A stretch of 37,055 bases of DNA from Mesotaenium endlicherianum (taxonomy: Eukaryota), in NCBI GenBank assembly GCA_009602735.1, contig WELA01003054.1, positions 522,952 to 560,006 of the forward strand, given 5' to 3'. The notes beneath the pieces are model-generated. The model was not told the origin of the DNA. It searched no databases and saw only the letters and a program-made list of their open reading frames with translations. Positions 1-10,362 of this stretch are shown here, in pieces. Position 1 is the first letter of the stretch, and every line of letters begins with the position of its first letter. A program made the position numbers and the translations under genes.

Positions 1-823
1 CCACAAGGAGGAGTACACCCTCCTCCAGCGTCGATGGGAGAGCCTACTCAAGGAAATCTGCAACAACAAGAAGCACCACAAGGAGGAGCACTGTCAAATC
101 CCGTGGCAGCCGCTATAGCAAAGTTGACCCCACCACAAGGAGTTCCCGCAAATGAGTGGGCAGCCTTCCTAATGACCGTCCACAACCAAGTGGGCTTGGC
201 CACCTATGAAGCAACCGTGCAAGCGTCAAGAGAAGCTATGGCTGCCATGGTTGCCCCTATTGCGAGCAATGCTCAAAATCCAGCCCCGGCTCAAGCGCCT
301 CCACAAGAGCCAACGAGAGCAAGGAAACTCATCAAGCCCGGCAAACCCGACACTTTCAACCCCGGGAAAGGTGCCAACCTGAATTTATGGCTCTACCAAG
401 TGGAGACGTACCTCGCGTTCCTTGAAGTACCCGAGGAGGACTACGTTCCCTTTGCCGTTACCTTACTTAGAGGAGCAGCAACATCATGGTGGCGTAACTA
501 TCAAGCGGCTATATATCAAGCTATGGCGCACCCCATGCTCGGCCAAGAGCCCCCACCATCATATGCAAGATGGGCAGATTTTCGTGAGGCCCTCAAGAAG
601 CAATTCATGCCCATCAATGCGGAGAAGATTGCCCGAGGAAAGCTCCACCATCTCAAGCAAACGACGTCCGTTCAAGAGTATACATCCAAATTTCACGCCC
701 TCGCTCTTGAGATCCCCAACATGTCTCTCGAGGAGAAGATTGACCGCTACATCTTTGGCCTGAAGCCCAAGGTGGCAAAGGAAGTGGAATTACGCGACTT
801 AACGGACTTCTCAAGGATCATTG
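1..823 (+). pseudogene. gag: Truncated gag of LTR retrotransposon family B (5' end outside the window; 3' end fused to family A integrase)
   Basis: Nearly identical to the reverse complement of 14291-15113 (gag of intact element B). Identity stops after GATCATTG (about 823), before the CCHC knuckle. Confidence 0.93.
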
Positions 824-2021
<1,198 letters not shown>

Positions 2022-2059
2022 GACGTTATTTGCAGAATGCGTCGAGGACGTTGCATCTT

Positions 2060-2073
2060 GAGGAGGGGGATGA
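2060..2073 (+). other. Polypurine tract of element A
   Basis: GAGGAGGGGGA-TGA directly before the LTR start TGTAAGG at 2074. Confidence 0.85.
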
Positions 2074-2308
2074 TGTAAGGTCATAGGTTTATAAAGTGCA
2101 ATTTTGAGTTTCATGAAAGTATGTCCTGATTGCATAGAACTCTATAGTGCATTTTTGTGGTCATTTTGATATAAAGTTCATCGAATTTGGTTAAGTATTG
2201 AGAGAGTCATGGATTTCCAAAGTTTAATTAGTTTTGAGGTCGGTTGACGACTGTCCTTCATTCGCGGTGAGCGCAACCGTCGGATTGACCGACAGCGTCA
2301 AGCGATGT
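2074..2308 (+). repeat. 3' LTR of element A, left part (interrupted by element C)
   Basis: Begins TG after the PPT; matches the reverse complement of solo LTR 16666-16900; ends at TSD GATGT (2304-2308). Confidence 0.9.
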
Positions 2309-3028
2309 TGTAATGAATCAGTATACTGGTCGATATAATATTTATTTAAATAATATAGTTAAATAAGTTCAGCCTGCTGAACTCTAGTTAACAATCAGTC
2401 TGCTGGACTTTATACTTAATACCAGTTTAATGACTTGGGCGGAAGTAGCAGGCTGAGGTCATCTTAAGTCAGCTTGCTGACACATTCTTTGACAGCCAGC
2501 TGACTTCCGTACTCGGTAGCAGCGAACTCCCTCGATATGCATCTAAGTACGACCTGCTAGATGAATGGCCAGATGACATCCCCATGATGGATGGCGATTC
2601 GGGATGATGGGAGATGGCGGTGGATTTGGTTAATCGAGGTCCTACCAACGTGGTTAACTCCCGGGTAGGCGGTGCCATCGCACTGACCGTTGAACAGTAA
2701 ACTCATTCCATGTACATACGCTAGGCATTGCTCTCGAGTTCGGCATTCGGAAACGAGGCCAACTCTCTTGTACAGCTTACTGAGAGAGATCTGAATCCAA
2801 GGCGAGAAGCCATTGATACGCACTGTCTTCTAACCTTGCTTATGTATGAGTTTACTGATTTGCATCATTGATGCTAGTTTACTCTCATTTGACGGACGAG
2901 TATTATTCACTGCTAGCGTATTGTCCTTTGCCGATTAAACAGTTAACGGAAATACCACAAAGATTACTTGCTGATATAAAGATCTTTATTAATTGTTAAT
3001 CGCCTGTTTGGTAAGTCGATTCATTTCA
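2309..3028 (+). repeat. 5' LTR of element C (720 bp)
   Basis: TGTAATGAAT...ATTCATTTCA termini; direct repeat of 16101-16156 plus 16906-17569 with about 25 substitutions and 1 indel counted by eye. Confidence 0.95.
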
Positions 3029-3029
3029 G

Positions 3030-3040
3030 TGGTATCGGAG
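3030..3040 (+). other. Primer binding site of element C (initiator tRNA-Met type)
   Basis: TGGTATCGGAG 1 nt after the LTR; the canonical plant iMet PBS is TGGTATCAGAGC. Confidence 0.88.
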
Positions 3041-3062
3041 TTGTTATCACAGTCTTCTTTGT

Positions 3063-4541
3063 ATGGTAAGGACAAGGTCTCAAACTAGCAACTCCCGAGA
3101 CATGGAGAACCAGGATAACGAGAATGTCAAAAACCAGGCGGAAAGCCATGTAGCGGGAAACCGTACCTATTCGGAAGCAGTAGCAGATACTGCAGCTAGG
3201 TAGGCTGCAGAGGAGGCAGCTGCTATTTCCGCAGTCGCAGCTTAGCAAGCTGAGGAGGAGAGGGCCAGGCTAGAAGCTGAACAAGTAGCAAAGGCTGCTG
3301 AAGATACAGAAAGGAGGGAAAGACAGCCAGCTGACGAGCGCACTATCGAGGAACTCATGGCATCAAGGGCCAATGTTCTGAACCCACCCCCTGCTGTACA
3401 ACTCAACGTACCCCTAGGTCAAATACGTGACCGGCTGAATGCGGCAGGAATTGCTGCTGCAGGAGCGAGAGGGATTGTTGAGGACACTACTCAGCGAGTA
3501 GATGCCAATGCTGCTGCTGCATTTGCTAATCTACCACCCCAAAGTGTAGACTTGGGAGCATTGTTCGTTCAGATGCAGTCGCAAATGGCGACCATGTATC
3601 AGTCCCAGCAGGAGGACAAAAGAATCATAATGTCCCTACTGCGTGACGGAGACCAACTGGGGTCTCAAACCACTAGTGGTGGTGGCCGAGGGCCTAGTAA
3701 GCCCAAGCCGAAACCTCCCCAGGAATATGATCCTGAGGGGAACAGAAAATATTACCTGATCAAATTTCTCGCGGATGTTGAGCAGTGGCTGGAGAATTAC
3801 CCAGAACTGCAAGATTACGAGAAGATCAGGCACACCGGTGCGCTACTAAAAGGCAGTGCCGCAGACTGGTGGCTTTACTGGAAGGGAGAGCGTAAGGCTC
3901 GGCAACTCGGTGACCCTACGTGGGTAGAGTTTGTCGAGAAGTTGCATGAGAAGTTTGATGTCATCAACCAGCAGGAGAAAGCTATCTATGCGATGATCTC
4001 CCTGACACTGAAGCAGACCACTTCAGTTGCTGAGTTTGCTCAAAAGTTCCAAGAGAACATGATGAAGCAGCCAGATTTGCCAGAACGGTATAGGATAGCA
4101 TACTTCAGGTATGGCTTGAAATCCGAGGTCTCTGGTCATTTTGCTGAGAAAAAGTATGAGAAACTGGCTGACTTGATCCAGGATGCTGACGCCTGGGATC
4201 AGCAGCAGTTCAATCACAAGCGCCAGAGTAATGCTTTGGTGTCTAAGATTGTCAAAAAGCCCCACGGTTCCTACAATGCAATTGAAGGAGACCAGGCTGA
4301 GGATAATCAGGGTGATGAATATGAGTATGAGTACAATGCTATTCAGTCTAGAGGTAGAGGTGGTCCCTCTCGAGGTGGCTATGGAAGGGGTGGTGGTAGG
4401 ACTAAGCCGAGACCAGCCTCAGCAAAATCTACTTGCTACCATTGTCAGCAGAAAGGCCACTACAGAGAACAGTGTCCGGTCAAGCACCTGCCTAAGGTCG
4501 AGAGAAAAGACCAGCCTTTAAAAGACAGCAACAGTCAGTAA
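3063..4541 (+). pseudogene. gag: gag of element C (probable true start ATG 3063, MVRTRSQ; two premature TAG)
   Basis: ATG 3063 is in frame with ORF 3357-4541; TAG at 3201 and 3243; capsid-like LLKGSAADWW..LKQTTSVAEF..FRYGLK; CCHC knuckle CYHCQQKGHYREQC. Confidence 0.9.
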
Positions 4542-4558
4542 TCCAGTCTACTGACTGT
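4517..4558 (+). promoter_or_regulatory. Predicted -1 ribosomal frameshift signal of element C
   Basis: T_TTA_AAA in gag frame (4517-4523), 7-nt spacer, perfect 10-bp stem ACAGTCAGTA/TACTGACTGT; the -1 frame is open into the protease ORF. Confidence 0.75.
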
Positions 4559-7338
4559 GAGGATGCTAGAGATAGTGAGTCGTCACTAGCTGCCCTCGTA
4601 GCAGGTATTATGGGTCCTGCTGAACTGGATTCACTATGCATGCCTGACAACCAGATAAAGGAGACCATCAGCAATATAGACGTCCAGAGAGTGCACACTC
4701 TGGATGCTCTTGTTCCACCTGATGTCCAACATTTCTTTGCTACGTCAGGAGAACAATGCGAAAGTCAGGAAAAGACAGTCCCCCCTATCCTACTGCATTG
4801 CATGATTGCAGGTAGGAAGGTGAGGGCATTTGTTGACGGAGGGGCGTCACATACTTTTATCCACAAGGACTTAGTTAAGCGGCTAAGGCTGCCTACTGTC
4901 ACCCAAGGGAATAGAAAAATATTCCTTGGAGATGCCTCAAGTATCCCGGGAGGAGTTATAACCAAGCCTATTGAGGTCCAGTTAGGTTCTGGCATTGCAG
5001 TTCTAACTGAAACGCTTACATTTGAGGTACTCAACACTGGCTTTTATGATCTCGTGCTAGGCAGGTCCTGGCTTAATAGACATCAAGCTGAAGTGTGTTG
5101 GAGCAGAGGTACAGTTAAAGTGAGAGGAGCCAGTGATGGGCAGACTGATTTGGTACCCACCAGTGCTCTTCCTCTTGTCCTGTGTGGATGGCAAATGAAG
5201 GAAACGAAGAGGCTTCTAGAAGGATGCAAGTTGCTGAATGCAATGGAGATCGTCAAAAGCTGGAACCAGAAGGAAGACAGAATGTTCTGTCTGCTGCTTA
5301 GAGAGGTACCTCCTCAACCTGAAGAAGTGGTGGAGAAAAAGGTAAGCCCTCCGGAGCACCCTACTGCTGCAAACATTGTTGCTCAGTACACGGATGTGTT
5401 CAATATGCCTCCAGGATGGTAAGGTACGGCAGGAGTGGCATCCTGTGCTGTATGAGTCTATGAAATTTAATCCAGCGGAGATTAATTACTCAGTGCATGA
5501 TAAAGAGCTGCTAGCTATCATTCGTGTACTCAAACAGTGGAGAGCATACTTACGTGGTAAAGCTTTTAAGGTGATTACAGATCATCTAGCTCTGACTCAC
5601 TTTCAGAAGAAGTCCAAGCTGTCGAGGAGGGAGAACCGCTGGAGCCAGATGCTGGAGCAGTTCCAAGTCCAGATCGACTACAAACCAGGGAAGTTGAATC
5701 CTGCTGATGCACTCTCTAGAAGACCTGACTTGCAAGAAAGGAACTTTAGTCAGCATGCTGTAGATAAAGTCCTGTGTGCACTCACTTCACTAAAGGTGAA
5801 AAAGTCCTTCCTAGAACAACTTAGGAAAGCCTACCTTTCTGACCCAACATTTGAGCCCAGCCCCACTACTGGTGTGTGTCGTGCTACTGCACTCGGGTAT
5901 AAGCTTAAGGGAGGGGTCTGGGTGACTGAAACCACTTCAGGCAGGCTGAAGCTGGTCATTCCTAATAACTTGGAAATAAGGTCTCTCTTACTGAGTCAAG
6001 CTCATGACAGTCTCCTGGGTGGACATTTGGGGCAGGCCAAAACTGTTGGCAAACTGGCAAAACATTATCATTGGGAGNAGCAAACTGGCAAAACAGTATC
6101 ATTGGGAGGGATTACCCCGGGAGGTCTTGAAATATGTCAAGTCCTGTGACCAGTGTCAAAGAAATAAGTCTCGGCACACACCACCCGGAGGTCTCTTGCA
6201 ATCACTGCCCATCCCAGCTGGACGCTGGGAAACTATATCCATGGACTGGGTGGTCTCACTACCAAGAATTGCCAAAGGGCATGATTCAATACTGGTAGTC
6301 GTGGATAAACTGACAAAAATGGTCATTTTTATCCCTACAACTGCCAAAGTGACTGCACTCGAAACAGCGAGATAGTTCTACAACCATGTAGTATGCCAAC
6401 ATGGGCTTCCTTCTAATATCGTCTCAGACAGAGACTCAAAATTCACCTCTAAGTTCTGGAGAGCTTTAATGGGGTTAATGGGAGTCAAACAGCTGCTCAG
6501 CACAGCAAACCACCCTCAGACTGATGGGCAGACTGAAAGAACTAATCGAGTTCTGCAAGAGGTGCTGAGAGCATATATTAACCAAAAACAAGATAATTGG
6601 GATGACCTGTTGCCTCAAATTCAGTTTGCGGTCAACAGTGCGGTGCACGCGTCAACGGGCAAGACTCCTTTTGAACTCAGCCTGGGTAGAGTCCCTAAGT
6701 CTCCTCTAGATGTGCTAGGGGAATCTTTAACTCACCCTGAAGGGATTGACAACCCGGTCTCCCTCCAGTTAACTCAGGAGTTTGCTGACACCCTGTCAGA
6801 AATCCAACGAAACTTGCACAAGGCCCAAGAAAACCAACAAAAATACGCTAATCAACACCGTCGGGAACTGACATTTTCCAAGGGGGATTTAGTCAAACTG
6901 CATTCTCAGCACCTGTACCTCCCTGGTGTGGTCAAGAAAAAGCTTGGCCCTGTCTGGGTCGGTCCATATTCGGTGGTCCGTCGTGTCGGTCAGAATGCTT
7001 ACAAACTGAACATGTCAGCTGACTACAAGGGTCACCCGGTCTTTAATGTCTCCTTCCTGGAACCGTACATCAAAGGTGATACACTGTTCACAGGTCGGTT
7101 ACCTGTCCAACCGGGACCAGTCCCCGCTGTCCGGGACGGCGACCTTGAGGAATACGAGGTCGATGAGATTTTAGACGCTCGCTCGGTCCGTTGATCGTCT
7201 AAATATGTCATGAAGTACCTCATCCGATGGAAGGGTTACGATGCCTCTGGGGACACTTGGGAATTTATTGATCAGCTGACCCATGCCAAAGGGGCGTTGA
7301 AAAGGTTCCACCTTCGGGCGGCTGGGGCACCTCCCTAA
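4517..7338 (+). pseudogene. pol: pol of element C: protease, [RT deleted], C-terminal RNase H, integrase, chromodomain
   Basis: AFVDGGASHTFI and DLVLGRSWL (PR); jump at about 5410 to HPVLYES..NYSVHDKELLAI..TDH..NPADALSR (RH); HDSLLGGH..CDQCQ and ISMDW..VSDRD..TDGQTER (INT); YEVDEIL..YLIRWKGY..DTWE (CHD). Stops at 6373 and 7192; natural TAA 7336-7338; no YxDD/FxDD region. Confidence 0.92.
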
Positions 7339-7662
7339 CAGTCATTTCAGTTGACACGGGAAGGTGACAGGAGGTCCTGTCTCTATATCAGTTGGAGGGA
7401 GATGTGACAGTTAGTGACAGTTGTGACAGGCAGCCCACCTTTAAAATTAAGTTGGAGGGAGTGGTAGTCTCTGATCACCATATTACCCACTCAACCTGCG
7501 CTCACACTCACTTGCTCTCCAACTCAATTTTTCCTTATATTCGCTCACACCAGGTATTCCACTCTAGGAACTCTCCCGATCGCGTCCCTCTTCATCAAGG
7601 GCACTCAGTAGCGGCAAAATATCATGACTTCACTAACTGCATTGTGTTTATGATTGAGCAGG

Positions 7663-9090
7663 ATGACTCAAAAGTCGGAACTCAAGAGGAAGCGAAGGGC
7701 GGAAGAGGCACATGCAGAATACTTGCAATTCCGTGGAGACATCGAATCATCTTCCATCACCGCTCGGGAATCACAACGACTCCAACAACAGCGGGAGGCA
7801 CAGAAGAAGAAGGAGGAGGAGGAACAGGCCAGACTGAGGCAGGAAGAAATGGACAGAAAAGCTGCAGAGGAGGCTAAGAAAGCAGAGGAGGAGAGGCAAG
7901 CTGAGGAGAAGCGGAAGCAGCAGGCTGAAGAAGAAGAACAGAGGAGAATCAGCAGCTACCGCTACACGGTGCTGGGCAAGGGCTTTGATCTACTGGAGGA
8001 GGCCTTCAAGTATGCCCAGAGAAGTCGCAGTGAGTCGCAGAAGGAAATCCTCCAGAGGGAAGGGGAGACATCCGAAATCTTTGACAAGTATATAAAGGTC
8101 GGCACAGGGCTCCTCCTCTACCACGATAACGCCAGGATGGTAGGATATACCATCGGAGAGGCCAAGGCAATGGCCCAGGTGAACGAAGCAGGAGCTGTCT
8201 CGATTCCTGGTATCTAAGGGGCAGATAGGGTCATCAGGACGATCCCCATGGACGCGGACAGCTTCAAGGACTCAACACCCCACAACAGGTTCAAGGCCAT
8301 GTACAATGAGGTGGAGAGGAGGAGCTGGGAATTCTTGGCCAGAGAAACCAGTCAGCTGGACTTTGCAGGGCACTGGTACCCTTGTACTCTCAAAAAGACA
8401 GACGCTGCCTTCTTCCAAAAGCCCACTGATTGGCGGTGGATGACCATCAACATGAGGGACCAGCAGAATGACAGGGCGACGGATGAGGATTTCCTGACAG
8501 ACCTAAACGGGAACATAGTATTGCTCCCTCAAATAGCGGCTTGGGATCCAAGATTGGATGGAGTCAGAGACTGCATGAGCCAAGAGATGCAGGGGGACAG
8601 AAGCAGGGCCCGAGAGTCATTCTCCAAAGGGAAGCACGCTTATGCCAAATGGGCAAGTAAGCAGGGGGAAAAGGACCTCAATGCGGTCCGGACTCAGCAG
8701 CCCCCACCAGCACCCAAAAGGGGAAGGTCAGTAGGATATTCTTTTTCTCGCGAGGAGCTGGAGCAGCGGACAGAGGAGACCCCAGAAGTCTCAGAGGAAC
8801 CCGGGGACGGGGAGGAGGCGGAGTCGGAGGAAGACGAGGAGGAAGGCGAGAAGGAGGACACTAGCCCCGCCGTGATCCTGACACCTGCCACATCCCCTGT
8901 AAGGGAGAAGACGGGGTGGGCCCCGCCGCAACTCGCTCAAGAGGAGGATATCACTTGGCTGGGGACTGCCAGAGGACAGAGCCCATCTCCAGGCAAGGAG
9001 ACCCAGTCGGACAGGGCAGACAGGAGGGCTGCTCGGGAGATAGCCAGAGGTCTGCCAGCATCTCCCTCGCAGAGAGGGCATGTACCCTTG
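7663..9090 (+). pseudogene. ORF3 of element C, 5' part: unknown protein (coiled coil, globular core, basic NLS-like motif, acidic tract)
   Basis: ORFs 7654-8217 and 8248-9111 share a frame, separated by one TAA (8215-8217); the frame is cut at 9090 by element B. Confidence 0.8.
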
Positions 9091-9593
9091 TGTAGTGAAA
9101 CAGATAGATAAAGTACTTAGTAAAACAGAACACTTTATCTGTTCAAGACAAGGATCTTTGAACACAAGTGGTAGCTTCTTGAAAGAGAGATGGCTTCTTG
9201 AAAGTTAATATATTTCTGGATTTTGGCAAGTACAAGAGTGATTCTAAAATGTCTTTCTATGTTCTAGCTCTTGTTTATATACTTGCTACATAAGTAATTT
9301 CTAGGAAGGTGTATGTTGATGTGTTGGCACCCAACACATCCCAAAACTTGCCACCTCTTTCTAGAATAATGTACACATGTCCTTTTGACCTAAAAATGGC
9401 ACATCTGACTTTTGCCACATGGAGTTCTTCTAGGTCTTTCCTCTAACTTCGAAAATGCCTTGGAAGGTTCAAAGGACATGAACCAAGTTACTAGAGTACC
9501 TATTCACACTTGACTCCACACAATACTACTCCAAATATATTTGAAAACATTAAAATATATGCAAACTAATATATAATAACTCAAATCACTACA
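9091..9593 (-). repeat. 3' LTR of element B (503 bp)
   Basis: TGTAGTGA...TCACTACA terminal inverted repeat; 7 substitutions versus 15268-15770 counted by eye. Confidence 0.97.
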
Positions 9594-9603
9594 TCACCCC
9601 CCC
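9594..9603 (-). other. Polypurine tract of element B
   Basis: Minus strand GGGGGGGTGA immediately before the LTR TG. Confidence 0.85.
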
Positions 9604-9630
9604 GATAGAAAAAGCGACGTCTCGGCGCGT

Positions 9631-9759
9631 CAAGTCAGGTCTTACACATGTGGAGCAAACTAGTCAACAGTTTCAAGTCAGATGCCACACATGTGAAGAG
9701 GACTAGTCAAAGGCGCCAAGTCAGGTGCTACACATGTAAGGTAGACTAGGCAAGGTCGT
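9631..9759. repeat. 3 x 43-bp degenerate tandem repeat in the 3' UTR of element B
   Basis: Units start at 9631, 9674 and 9717: CAAGTCAG-n5-CACATGT-n8-ACTAG. Confidence 0.85.
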
Positions 9760-10362
9760 AGGTGGTGTGACCTTATTGGCTAGCCTACTCCTTAATGATA
9801 AAGAAAATTGTACAAGTTGGCCCAGAATCTGCCACGAACTCAAAAATTCATAGCGGCCACAGAACTGCTCCAAATCTGAAAATTCGAGTGCCAGACGGAC
9901 CGCGTCGGAGAACTCTACCGGGTCACCAAATTTGAGAGCATTCTCATTTCTGGAGTGTCGTTGAGAGCTGAGAGAGTAGGCACTCCTCCAAATCTGTGCA
10001 GAAACTTCTGAAAATCATAAGTCCTTCTATACTTCTCCAAATTCTGCAAACTAAGTCTCAAACTGGGCGCTGTAAGATGTTCTACCAGAGTCTTGAGTTT
10101 CAGAGCATTCCAAGTTCAGGGGAGGGCACAATGTCAGAAGGCATATTCTGCCCTAACAATGCCAGCAGCCTGACCCCCTTCTACTTAGAGCATCATATCT
10201 CTCTCACCAGTGCTCCAAATTGAGCAAACTTGGACTCTAAATGACCGGCTACTCATGGACTACAGCCAGGTAAATTTTCAGAATTTATTATGCAGAGACC
10301 TATTACCAGTAGCAGTTTTAGTTTTCTGTCCAGAAACTGCGAGAAGAGAAGAGTGTCTAATG

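Noticed and set aside
2469..2823. Short ORFs repeated at 2469-2823 and 17010-17364
   Set aside because: They recur only because they lie in the two LTRs of C; no protein motifs.
6049..6108. 29-bp tandem duplication and frameshift in the C integrase
   Set aside because: The two copies flank a single N (6078), typical of an unmerged contig overlap. Treated as an assembly artefact and a caveat for element C continuity.
7950..8020. KGFDLLEEAFKY resembling the RNase H1 N-terminal/viroplasmin motif
   Set aside because: Only the last half of the motif is matched and the upstream G-x-(F/Y)-x-x-W part is absent. Too weak without an HMM search.
7663..9090. ORF3 as an env-like gene
   Set aside because: No signal peptide or transmembrane helix in the reconstructed protein; it is highly charged.
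9631..9759. CRISPR-like array
   Set aside because: Only three degenerate units, no unique 30-40 nt spacers, no cas genes, and it lies inside a eukaryotic retrotransposon.
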